From: Octopus vulgaris
Taxonomy: Eukaryota
Direction: 5' to 3'
Assembly (NCBI GenBank): GCA_951406725.2
Contig: OX597834.1
Coordinates: 24,738,001-24,802,000 of the forward strand
Length of the DNA: 64,000 nt
In this document: positions 52,116-64,000 of the stretch, piece after piece
Layout: every line of letters starts with the position of its first letter
Position numbering within the stretch: position 1 is the first letter of the stretch
Position numbers and translations under genes: made by a program
The notes under the pieces: generated by a model
Seen by the model: the letters and a program-made list of their open reading frames with translations, nothing else
Databases searched by the model: none
What the model was told of the DNA's origin: nothing

Positions 52116-52200
<85 letters not shown>

Positions 52201-52404
52201 GTGTGTGCATGAGTATATTTATATATATATGAATGTGTGTGCATGTATGTGTATATATATATACATATGTATATATATATGTGTATGTGCACGTATATAT
52301 ACATATGGATATATATATGTGTGAATTTGTATATATATATATATACATGTGTGTTTGCATGTGTACATATATATTGTGTGTGTGTGTGCATGTATGTATG
52401 TAGG

Positions 52405-52451
<47 letters not shown>

Positions 52452-52987
52452 AGAGTGTGATGAATAAAGTGTCTAAATTACACAAAAATGAAAATAACAC
52501 TAACATCTCATTTTGACATATATTTACCAAAATTACATTAAAATATCTTGAAATAATAAAGAGTAAATTTATTTAATAAAATCGCCATTGGCTTCATCTA
52601 CGGTCTCCAGATGACTTGGGAATCTCTTGCAGCTCTTCTGGACGGTCTCCTTGTTGGTGAATGCTGCTGTAATATTTGCCTTCAGTTCATCTTTGGTGTT
52701 ACAAGAAGTTTTGTTGGTCTCTCGCTCATCTGCGCCCCACAGATTGCACTGTCCTCAGATTGACACCTAAACACTCTGAAATGTTCGTATTGGAACTTTC
52801 AGCGCGGATGCCAAGCAGTATAACATGTTTCCAAATTTCTAGCAGAGTGAATTGCGTCATGATAGTGTTTTTCAAACAGACGGTACCCAACGGACCCTAC
52901 TATACTGTATAGTCAACAAAATCAAAAAACAAACAATGCGCGAAATTAAAACTATATAATGGCGACAATTTACCCATCGCACCTTAT
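52452..52987 (-). mobile_element. internally deleted Tc1/mariner-superfamily element (maT/DD37D-like)
   Basis: TIR-like GTGTGATGAATAAAGTGTC / GACAATTTACCCATCGCAC. N-terminal HTH (ISECLGVNLRTVQ) fused to C-terminal VWG..E.ETNK..NTKDELK..C.RF..LE.V.EANG.FI*. Confidence 0.78.
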
Positions 52988-53034
52988 CTATATGTGTGTG
53001 TGTGTGTGTATGCATATGTGTATGTATATGTATG

Positions 53035-53071
<37 letters not shown>

Positions 53072-53598
53072 GTATGTATACGCATATGTGTGTATATATA
53101 TATATGTATGTATACGCATATGTGTGTGTATGTATATATATATATATATGTATGTATGTATACGCATATGTGTGTGTATATATATATATACACACACACT
53201 ACTTTTATTACTGTCAGTATTATTTAGGTCACCAATATGTTATTGTTGCTGGTACTATTAAAATGATGTTATTTTTGTATTTGTTTTTGTGTCATTACAA
53301 TATATGTCACCTGAAATCTAATGAACTGATTAGTGGAGGGTACTAGACATGATATGTCTAAGGAAACGCAAAGAAATCCGACAATGCTGAATCGCATTCC
53401 ACCCGAGGTGGCACCTACACACAGCTGTTGTTATTTATAGTGTTTCTAAAGAATATTCTTATATAATAATAAAGATGTCCGGTGCAGAAACAAACGTTGT
53501 GGTTTGCGATTAAAGTCTGGTATTTTCCATTCTTTTGTTATATTATTCTTATATATATATACGACACACACTCACAAGCACATATATTTATATATGTA

Positions 53599-53651
<53 letters not shown>

Positions 53652-53653
<2 letters not shown>

Positions 53654-53860
53654 ATAATAAAAGGGTAAAATCAATTAATTATTAATTAATTTTACCAAGT
53701 AGTGTTCAGTATGTAAAAGGACCATTCAAGGTATATTTAAAATATTACGTTATAGAATTAGGGCTCAGTAAAATAATTTACTTTACCACAAACTGAAACT
53801 TTCAGTGTGTGGTAAAGTAAATTATTTTACTGAGCCCTAATTATATAACGTAATATAAAT
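53652..53860. mobile_element. TA-flanked element with ~55-bp inverted duplication
   Basis: Arms ~53742-53797 / ~53800-53856. Confidence 0.65.
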
Positions 53861-54511
53861 ATATATATATATCTGTATGTGTATATATATATAATTCAAA
53901 TGATAAGAAGACACAGAAAATCCTTTGACACACGTTTAATGATTCGTTACAATTGTTTCTGTACTAACGCCTGTTTACGCAAAACTTCGAAGTAAAAATT
54001 TACGTTAGGTTTGCGGGTTTAGACATTAATTAGAGAGGCATTTCATCAGAGTTTCATCAAAGGTGTGATGTCACATACTTCATATCATTTCGCCAAACCC
54101 ACTTTACACGCACACACACACATGCGCACACAGACACATGTGTATGTGTAAGTGTGAGGACGCGTGGTCTAGTGGTTAGGTCACGTGGTTGCATTCACAC
54201 TCACGAGTTCGTGGTTTCAGTTACGGGTGGTACGTTGTGTTCTGGAGCACAACGTTTTACCTCACGCTTCTCTGGGGCCACTTCGACTACTGACACATCT
54301 AACACTGTGCATATTATTTATTCCTACCTCCGTTCATCTAATTGTATATATCTATCGTTACTTTTCATAAAAAGCCTTTACTTTTCTTGATTTCCGATGT
54401 GCATTTTCACTTATTTTTCCTTCTTACTTTCCCCTTACATTCCTACGTGTAGTTTCTATTTGCTTTTTGTAACATATTGCAATTTTATGTATATATATGT
54501 ATATATATATA

Positions 54512-54726
54512 CTTTATTTAAAGCAGCAGAAAATTCAACAAAATCTGTTACTCTGAGTTTCTCGTTGCCGTTCATTTCTAGCAAAGACTATCTGATGAAC
54601 GGCAACGAGAAACTCAGAGTAACAGATTTTGTTGAATTTTCTGCTGCTTTAAATAAAGCATATTACTCTACCACTGGTATTTGAGTACTCTTTTTCCTCC
54701 TTGTTACACATTTATGTGTTTACTCC

Positions 54727-54730
<4 letters not shown>
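54512..54730 (+). mobile_element. Penelope-like tail with perfect 64-bp inverted duplication
   Basis: Arms 54512-54575 / 54595-54658. (TA)n on both sides. Confidence 0.78.
54588..54625 (+). ncRNA. type I hammerhead ribozyme motif (GUA site)
   Basis: ctat-CTGATGA-ACG(GCAA)CGA-GAAA-CTC(A)GAG-TA-acag. Confidence 0.72.
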
Positions 54731-54780
<50 letters not shown>

Positions 54781-56148
54781 CTGGTACTGATCGGCGGCCC
54801 TGTGGCTGGAGACTCCAGATCTACAAAGCTGATCATAGATGTTCATAAGTTTGCTACTAACATGTCTGAGACTTCTGCTATCACACGTACACAAAACCAA
54901 GGTTCTAGATTACAGCCAGAACTTACCTTCAAATCACATTTAGTTGTCTTAGAAAAAGGACAGATAAGTAATGTAGTCTTTGATATATTTTTCCGGAGAG
55001 AATAAAGAAACTAAACGAGATGGTCGCGACTGGAATACCTTTCATCATAAGTTCGCTCGATCGTCGCTTACTTTGTGCGAAGGTAACAATAATGTTTGCG
55101 ACCACATAATACAAGTAGCTTCTAACTAGTTTCACCTGATATTAACTTACCTCTTCTCCACCGGGAACCTTCTCCACCCTCATTATTTATCACCCTGCTC
55201 TGCACCCACTCAGCCCACATTTGACTAAAAATCTCACCCCTCCCTTATTCAATAGCTTCTTCTTCAAACCCATTCCCACGCCCATTCACCACCACACAGC
55301 TTAATACTTATTTATTTACTTGTTTGTTTCTCCGTCTAGACGTTTTACCCCCAGTCGTTCCCACTGTATATCAACTCCATTCAAACTCGACCGTGTTTAC
55401 ATAGACTCTTGATAAATTTACTAATAAATTACGCTTGCCTTTATATAATATAATGTGTGTGCGTATGTATGCATGTATGTATATGTATACATACGCACAC
55501 ACACACATGTGTCTTTGTGATATATGCTGTAAACAGCAATAAATCTCTCATTTATGATGCAATAAACCCTACTTGAATACGTACGTGTATTTATGTGTGT
55601 CAGCGTATGTGTTAAAGATGAATATATGTGTACATATATCTATGTGTCTACATGTGTCTACATGTGTATGTGTGGGTATGTGTCAATATTTCTGTGTCTG
55701 TCGATACACAGAGCAAAGTTCCTTAAATCACACCCCTATCGCCATGTTAAAATCCTGTCATTTGATAAGCTGAGATCGATCGGTTGAATAAAATATTGTA
55801 AACAAAATGAAGTTCCTGCAAGTGGAAAATCCTTCACACTTCGAAGTCACCATTCCCAACAGGGCCGCCGTGCAGTTACTAAAAGCAGTAGAAAGAGAAC
55901 AATCCCTTTCACCTGTTGAAGTCGCGACCTTTGATTTCAGAAGCGTAGCTTTGCGGTCGGGTTGGGGTGGGGGCAGTCTACCCCCGGTGATGCTTTTATG
56001 GAAGTGGCACTTTTGAGTCTGCTGCATGAGTCTGCATGAGCTTGAGGGCCCATGAGGGGACGCAAACCCAAAGGGTGTCTCGGGCAGCAGACATCCCAGC
56101 TACGTAACTGTTCGATTTTTGTCTGTTGTGAGGAAACAGGGATATCGG

Positions 56149-56200
<52 letters not shown>

Positions 56201-56754
56201 ATAATTTTAATATTTGGGAAGAGTTGTTGGTCTGTGTGTATACTGGGGGAGTTAATTGTTTCATTTCCGTTTGTGTCCTTCACTTTTGCGCTGTGATGAG
56301 AAAAGCGAGTCTTGTGTTTTGAACAGGGTTTCGAATTGACTTGCATTGGTCCTGTGTCTGTGGGTTACTCGTGCTCGTTAATGTTTGAAGCTTAACCCTC
56401 ATCTCTGTGGGCGTAGCGGTAGACATAGCGCGAAGCAATAATATTCGTGTCATAAACTTATTCGACTTCACAAAATAATTGGAAAATGTTTGGATAATGT
56501 ATTGTGTGCGTGCATCAAGGTGTGTATGTGTGCGCGCGCGCGCGTGTGTGTGTGTTTAGCTTTCCACTTACAAGAACGTGATGAAGACATTAAAAGTGAA
56601 AGGTATCAGCAATTATTTACCGACTGATGACAATATTTATTAAGTAATAAGTCTGTCAAGCTGAGAATGGCAACGGTGGTTGGTGCACAGAGAATGGGAA
56701 AGAAAGAAAATAAGAAGAAAAGAGAGAGAGAGACGAGGAACAAATAGACAAAGA

Positions 56755-56925
56755 ATCTTGGATATCTTGGCTGCGGCATTTCCGTAGGTGTTGTTTGACG
56801 TGAGAACCATTAGCCTAGAGGTGTACTTTAACCCGTATTAGAACTTTGATAGTACTTCCGATGTACCATTTATTTCATTTGCTGCACCACGTAGCACTGC
56901 GGATAAACATTTTTATCTTTGATCT
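56755..56925 (-). pseudogene. Penelope-like GIY-YIG endonuclease remnant (N-part)
   Basis: KNVY...CSK*NKWYIGSTIKVLIRVKVHL*ANGSHVKQHLRKC. Confidence 0.7.
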
Positions 56926-56989
56926 GGCAGTACAATCAGATAAGTTCACATACAGGTTAACAAATACCATAATGTTAATGCTTCTTTCG

Positions 56990-57350
56990 TTAAAAAAATA
57001 ATGAAAACCCAGGGGAATGCCACCTGCAAGACGTCTTAATTCCCATTGAGACTGCAGAAAGAGACATTGGGAACCTAAGAGTAAAAGAAGCTATTCTAAT
57101 TAACAAGGACATCCCACAGATCAATAACTGATCTGAACTGCACGCAGCTGACTGGATACTATAATAATGCAAAATAACCCTTCATACACATATACAGAGC
57201 AGGGAAATCAACACTCTTTCTCTGTAAATTTCTTGAAGGATCTCTATCACCGAAACGTTGAAATACCAGCTAATAATACTAATCGTTTATCTCTATTACT
57301 GATGTTTTTAGAACATACATTGTTTTGGCTTTTAAGAAAAGCAATTAAAA
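56990..57350 (+). pseudogene. Penelope-like GIY-YIG C-terminus plus 3' tail
   Basis: ERDIGNLRVKEAILINKDIPQINN*SEL, followed by a degraded hammerhead tttc..TTGAAGGA...GAAACGTT-gaaa (57228-57264). Confidence 0.7.
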
Positions 57351-57668
57351 CGCACACACATTGTGCTTGTGCTCGACCATTGCTTGACAACCGAGATTGA
57401 TTTGTTTGGCTAAATCCTTCAAATTGGCGCCACAGCATGGTCATAGTCCAATCAATAAAACATATATTCTTTTTCTCTTTTACTTGTTTCAGCCATTTGA
57501 CTGTGGCTATGCTGGAGTACCATATAGTGTTATATTATATACATATGTAAACTTACGTGTTAGACATACAGACATGACAAATTTAACATTTCTCCGTAGA
57601 TTGAAGAAATTATGTACAGCCGGCAGAATTTTGGTTTAAGTACCTTAACTTTTTTTTTTACTTTTGGG

Positions 57669-58093
57669 AATTTTCAGAAAATTTTTGCGAATTTGTATTT
57701 TACACACGGGAATTCATACGATTATGCAAAAAAAGTTGGTATGCGATTTAGCTGTTAATTTTAGTTGGTATGCGATTTAGCTGTTAATTTTAGCACGTCC
57801 CACGACCACCTGATACTTTCCTCGTGTCTTTATCACTGACATGTATTGATATTTTTCTCCTCATAAACACATTTAATGGAAGGATGATGCACCCAAAGGC
57901 GGCCCATTGTTGGGGTTTAAGTAAAAAATTCGAACTATCCGTATTTTAAACTGTTTAAAAAAAATTCGAAAAAGAGTGGAACTTCCAGTATTTATTGGTT
58001 GAAGGGTTTGAAAAATTGAAAACGTAAAGTCTTTTCCTAATCGTATGAATTCCCGTGTGTAGATCATAAATTCGTAAAAATATTTTGAAAATT
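57669..58093. repeat. ~60-bp inverted repeats enclosing a ~29-bp tandem duplication (MITE-like)
   Basis: TACACACGGGAATTCATACGATTA versus TAATCGTATGAATTCCCGTGTGTA. Confidence 0.6.
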
Positions 58094-58244
58094 GAATTCT
58101 ACGAGTTATGAACTCGTACAAAGTTTGAATTGTTTCCAAATGAATTTTTGTCCATTCTTCAGCTAAAACAGTCTCCATTTCTTGTAGTGATGATGGTGAA
58201 GGATATCGACTCTTTACTTGATTTTCTAAAATGCACCATAAATG
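58094..58244 (-). pseudogene. Tc1 transposase C-terminal fragment
   Basis: HLWCILENQVKSRYPSPSSLQEMETVLAEEWTKIHLETIQTLYEFITRRIQ. Confidence 0.8.
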
Positions 58245-58445
58245 CTGGCAGATTTGTTTGCACGCCCGGCAAAATGTCAAGCGGCATTTCGCCCGACTTC
58301 ACGTTCTGAGTTCAAATCCCGTCGAGGTCAACTTTGCCTTTCATCCCTTCATGGTAGATAAAATAAGAACTAGTTGAGCACTGGGGTCGGCGTAACCAAG
58401 TTAACTCCTTTTCCTGAAATTGCTGGCTTTGTGCCAAAATTTGAA
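58245..58445 (+). mobile_element. SINE family A2
   Basis: Head, core and A2 tail. Confidence 0.82.
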
Positions 58446-59404
58446 TCTATATGTTGTAATACAGAGACCCAATTGAGGAAACTATAAAAATGATTGCATT
58501 ACTAAAGTGCAAGCGTCCCCCGCCCCACACTCTCACCTTACACGTGTCTCCTCAGAATATGCACATGAACGCAAGCTGTTTGCAGCTCTCATCCACCTCA
58601 CAGCACAGCAATTTTACTGCGAGGTAGCCCTTCCTATTGCCCTTTACACCTTTGCTTTTATCTTCAAGGGACTGACGGTCTGTTCACCCCATTGCCGTCT
58701 TGCTAGAGGACTGTGTACACCTGATTGGATATCAGTTGCCTATAATAAGGAGCCAAACCGCAGACGCAGTATCGTGAATAGGACAAGTTTTGATGTTTTG
58801 CTTAAATAGGGGGATTTAATCAATTAAACCCGTTTCTCATTAAAAAATCTACAATAATCCCCTCTGACATAGATACGAGTGTGTGTGTGTGTCCATATAT
58901 GCGTGTGTATATATATAAAGTTAATCCAAACAAGAAAACACAAAAAAAAAACACAGCAACGCGAGGACGTGGAACAAATAAAGTATTATTGGACGCACAG
59001 GAAAGAAGGGAAGATATATATATAAATATGTGCACATACATACGTATACACACACACACACACACACACATATAATATCGTTTATATGTGTGTGAGAATG
59101 TGTGTGTGTATATACATATTGTGTGTATACACATGTATGTATATTTATATGTATAGGTGTATGCATATGTATGTATTTATACATACAAATACGTATATAT
59201 ATAAAAAAATTTAAATCTGTTCATGCATATATATTTAAATACATAAACATATACGTATATATATATATATATATATATACATACATATATACACCCACTC
59301 ATATATATACAGATATGTATATATATATGAGCATGTGTGTATATATATATATATACGTATTTGCATGTATGCATGTATGTATATATATATATATATATTA
59401 TATG

Positions 59405-59645
59405 TAGAAAAATACAAACTGGGACAAGAACGTAAAACATTTAGAAGATGATACAAAAAACACGGACGGGACATTCGAAGCCTTCAATCTTCAGTCAATA
59501 ACCGGATCATCCTCGCAATTTCGGCTGATTAATCTTGAGATCGCTCCGATCCGGCCAGCCCCAAGGAAAACTAAGCTACGAGCATTAGATTTCTTGGAAA
59601 AAGGATCGAATGTATACGAAACAAGGACAGAAAAACGGACGATGT
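59405..59645 (-). repeat. unclassified TA-associated repeat (sister of 22150-22470)
   Basis: Reverse-complement homology. Confidence 0.75.
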
Positions 59646-60516
59646 CTGAAGAAAATGTGTCTAGTGCTTGGTGTCGGCCTGCTTGTCAGAGATAGAAAAC
59701 AAATATTTTGTGTCTTTTATCGATTACGTTCCAAGGCGTCCTAAATCTTCCTTTTCTCCTCACGGCAGGTAGACTTATTTAAACTACCAACTTCTCTGTT
59801 TAATCATTTTGCCAGCGGAAGTTACTTGTCCGATCGATCAGCTAAAGAAAATAGCCAAATCTCCCTTATATCATACCCTATTGTCAACTCGGATAATGAT
59901 ATAAGAAGAGACAGATTGATTACAGCTGCGATTCTTTCACTCGTAGTTCTGCTCACGTTGAGATGGCTTAGGGCTAAACATCACCATCGTTACCCTTCTT
60001 GTTGTTTTTATCATCGTTGTCATCGTCTTCGTCATGATGATGATCATCATCAACATTGTCCTCGATTATTTAATTAATTAATTAACTTATATTTCACTCT
60101 TTCCTGTGACAAGATCGTCAACATATTCTTGATTACATGTAAAGAGATTATCACGCGAAAGCGTGGATTTGTTTTTGAATAACGCCGACACCATCACCTC
60201 ATCCAACCTCCACCACAATTACCTTCACCGCCACCACCTTGTCTGTCAACCCCTTCCTTATTGCCAGTAAACCATTTAGCACGACACACCCGAAAACACT
60301 GTTCATCGCAACACAGGCACCCGGTTTGGTAGAAACCAGTTGCAGACACATCAGCAGATGTCTTGAACACTTTGAACGAGTTCTTTTTTTCTTTTCACAT
60401 TTATTTTCTTATATCTGTGTACCAGCGACTCTTTTGAAAATGTCGAGAAATGTTTTTGCTGGCAACTCCTACCTGCTTGAAATAGGCTCGATTATGACGT
60501 ATGGCTTAGGGCTTTA

Positions 60517-60560
<44 letters not shown>

Positions 60561-60601
60561 GTATATATGTGTGTGTGTGTGTGTGTTTGTGTGTGTGTAT
60601 G

Positions 60602-60645
<44 letters not shown>

Positions 60646-60648
60646 CAT

Positions 60649-60679
<31 letters not shown>

Positions 60680-61139
60680 CATACACACACACAAACACAC
60701 ACACATATATATATACACTTATATATAGGTATATATATGTGTATGTATATATATTTATTTATACACCTACACATATATACACACACACGCATATATATAG
60801 ACACACATATACACACACACGCACAAACATACATACACACACACTGAAACACATGCAGTTACAAATGCACATAAGTACATGTGTGTGGAGATAGACGGGG
60901 AGAGGGGGAGAGAGGGTTGACGGTGACTTTCGCATCCCGAGGTTTCTTTATGCGCTACAACTTTGAAATCACCGTCAGCCGCAGTTTGTGTAGTAAATTC
61001 GATTGTAGTGTCAGTATTGTGTTCTTTTCTCGGTAACGTAACCCACAATTAAACTAAACAATTATACACAACTATCCTAAACATGTGGTCCGACAATTCG
61101 TAATTTGTTTTTTATTCTCCTTGATTTCCGTTCTGGCCG

Positions 61140-61860
61140 TTGCAAACAACATTGTTCTGCAGCATGTGCCAGCTATGATGTGATCTCCAACTCGTCAGTT
61201 AATTTTTATACAGGACTAGCAGTATCACCCGGCGTTGCTCGGGTTTGTAAGGGAAATAACTATATAAGCATTTTTAGAGAGTTATAGCCAAAAAATAGCG
61301 AAAAAAATGCATTAAAATGGAAAAAAATTATGGTAAATTTTTTTTTAAATCGTAGACTCATCGTAGACGCGTGCTAATACCCAGAAGGGCTCGATATGAA
61401 TCACGACTATAAGATACCCGGTTTTGGTTAAACTGCACCGCAAAATGTGGGAGTAGTTAGGAATCTAAATCGTAGGAGACAGACACACAACTTCTCTTTT
61501 ATATATTAAGATAATGTCACAGGGCTAAAATAGCTAAAGTGATGTTTGAAGCTGAAAATATTACTGTGATGCGTTGGCCAGCTCAGATCTGACGTTAATT
61601 TCATTGAAAAACTTATGGAAGATACTTGGTGATAATATTAGAGAGCACCAACCTGCGAATGTTGCGATTTCAAGAAGAATGGAATAAAATTACGTCAGAA
61701 ACTGGTCAAATCTTGTGGACAGAGATGTGCTGAAGTTATCATAAAAATAAAGGAATGTACACCTTATTAATATATTGATGTGGATTCTAAAAATTTCTGG
61801 CAAAATTTTGATTTTTTGAATTTTGTCATACGTTCTCTAATTTTGTCCCTCTTGTATTTT
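61140..61860 (+). pseudogene. Tc1 transposase 3' remnant interrupted by a Helitron
   Basis: IFIQ[D]N rejoined across the insertion, then RWPAQ, NFIENLWKIL, EEWNKI, QRCAEVI and a TIR-like end. Confidence 0.8.
61216..61511 (-). mobile_element. non-autonomous Helitron (same family as 42074-42469)
   Basis: TC...hairpin...CTAG, A|T target. Confidence 0.92.
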
Positions 61861-62257
61861 TCAAATAAATTATTTAGTTATAAATCTCTTCCTACAAAAT
61901 TTATTGTAAAGAATGAATGATAATGATGAAGGCTTGTGGGAGGGAGGGAGGGAGGGAAGTAACCTGAAACCGGAAACCTATGCTGAATAAATGCAACAGA
62001 ATAGTCTCTTCCCAAATTACCTAAGGGCCGCATTTTGTTAAACCAGGTGATGGTTTAAGTGGGTTTGAACAAGATTTCAACTCAGAACACAAAAATCAAA
62101 AACAAAAAAAACCCATAAGGTATTCCCTCCAACACGCTAATGATTCGTACAGTCCACTGTCGGACACTTGTACTTTATTTATTGATCCCCGAAAGATAGA
62201 CGGCAACGATTATCTCGGAGGGATTTGTACCTGAAGCGTAAAATGCCGCTATAGATA

Positions 62258-62420
62258 CTGATTTCAAATTTTGACACAAGGCCAGCAATTTCAAGGGAGG
62301 TTAAGTCGATTACATCGATCCCAGTGTTCAACTGATACTTATTTTGTTGACCCCGAAAAGATTAAAAGCAAAGTCGACCAGAACATGAAGACAGATGAAA
62401 TGTCGCTAAGCTTTTTGCCG
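62258..62420 (-). mobile_element. SINE family A2
   Basis: A2 tail plus core. Confidence 0.78.
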
Positions 62421-63122
62421 TTATTTGTTTCCAAAATGGTACCTAAGTAGAAAAAAATAAAACAGTTTGTCACGTTATATCCGGAAGTAGTTTTCTTAAG
62501 GAATTGATATTTGAGATTTAGGTTCTTAATCCCTTCTCATACAGCCGTAAATAATAGCATCAAATCTCTTTAATATAAATCGGTCAATAAGATTTAATTT
62601 CGCTCAGATTTAATTTCGTTAATTTCGCTCTTAATCTACATGTAATGATGTTAGCTGTTCTATTTATTTATTTAAAAAAATTTTTTTTAGCATTTGACAC
62701 CCAGGTTGAATAGATCTAGAACTTACTGGCGTCCCACTTATGACAATCCTGTATGACCCTATATCTGTGACAACGTTATTGTATATGTCCTTCTGCGATT
62801 TAAAGGAATAGGGTAGCTATTTCTAGAAGGCACAGTTACCACCCTGATGTTTTCTCGATAACTTGGATGAACTTGGGTGGGTGTTAAGTTCATCGGGTGG
62901 ACTGCATCTAGGGTATGAAGGCAAAAATTCGCTATAACATTTGTCATACAGCTGAATGTATAAATGTGGGGTGTCCCATAAGTTATTTTTTAAAACTTTA
63001 CCTTTTACTTGTTTCAGTCATAACACTGCGGCCATGCTGGGGCCATGCTTAATGTTTTGCTAAAATTGCTGTGTGTGTGTGTGTGTGCGTGCGTATATAT
63101 ATTTATAAATCCTCTGTGTATA

Positions 63123-63526
63123 GGCGCAGGAGTGGCTGTGTGGTACGTAGCTTGCTAACCAACCACATGGTTCCGGGTTCAGTCCCACTGCGTGACATCT
63201 TGGGCAAGTGTCTTCTGCTATAGCCTCGGGCCGACCAATGCCTTGTGAGTGGATTTGGTAGACGGAAACTGAAAGAAGCCTGTTGTATATATGTATATAT
63301 ATATATATATGTATGTGTGTGTTTGTGTGTCTGTGTTTGTCCCCCTAGCATTGCTTGACAACCGATGCTGGTGTGTTTACGTCCCCGTCACTTAACGGTT
63401 CGGCAAAAGAGACCGATAGAATAAGTACTGGGCTTACAAAGAATAAGTCGTGGGGTCGATTTGCTCGACTAAAGGCGGTGCTCCAGCATGGCCGCAGTCA
63501 AAATGACTGAAACGAGTAAAAGAGTA
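63123..63526 (+). mobile_element. SINE family B, young full copy
   Basis: GGCGCAGGAGTGGCTGTGTGG...GGGTTCAGTCCC...GACTGAAACGAGTAAAAGAGTA. Highly similar to 38120-38520. Confidence 0.95.
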
Positions 63527-64000
63527 TGTGGATCTATGCTGTATCGAAACATGTGTAGTGTTTATTATATAGCTGTCTAACCGTACTCCTTGTAGATTCT
63601 ATTTTATTCAATTTGATATATATATGGTAGTCCGAAAAATTGCATATGCTGCACATCAGCGGTTGTGCAACATATGCAACAAACAGGATGGAACAATTGT
63701 AAAAATAGATACTGGGCAGGAAATGAAACTGCAACGAAAATATCTGAAAAGTAAATAAAAGTAGTCGAAAGAGACAAGACTGTAGCATATTTTTATACGC
63801 AAGTACAAGTGTGTGTATACAGTATATGCGTGTGAAGTTAGAAATAGTGGCTTTTTCTTTTTATGAAAACCTTGAAAACGAAATTGGAAGCAAGATCTTT
63901 GAAGAGGGTTTGGATAGGTATTGAGGGAAGTTGGGTGTTGTAGAATACTTGTAAGGTTCAGAACACCCTGCAACTTACTATACACACACACACCGGCATT

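Noticed and set aside
59470-59530. Hammerhead at minus-strand CTGAAGA in the 22150/59405 family
   Set aside because: The downstream box is GAAT, and the upstream GAAA has no helix III or UH.

Overview
Eukaryotic, repeat-saturated non-coding DNA (large intron or intergenic). The SINE families and (TA)n/(CA)n/(ATT)n density match what I recall of Octopus/coleoid cephalopod genomes; this is recognition, not a database result. There is no intact protein-coding gene, and almost all ORFs in the track are translated microsatellites or SINE read-throughs. The window holds at least 5 tRNA-derived SINE families (several copies with clean TSDs, some modular chimeras, one tandem trimer), RTE and L1/Tx1-type LINE fragments, a full-length decayed IR/DR Tc1 element, other Tc1/mariner remnants, hAT-type MITEs and two non-autonomous Helitrons. 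The most striking signal is about a dozen hammerhead-ribozyme motifs or half-motifs from several unrelated short AT-rich elements, mostly in or beside (TA)n or other simple repeats. All keep a self-complementary helix III, and several lie at the junction of an inverted duplication. They co-occur with decayed GIY-YIG (Penelope-like) coding remnants. A weak three-exon minus-strand ORF chain (46145 to 40941) is the only host-gene candidate. Family labels A, B, C, E, F and G are my own.
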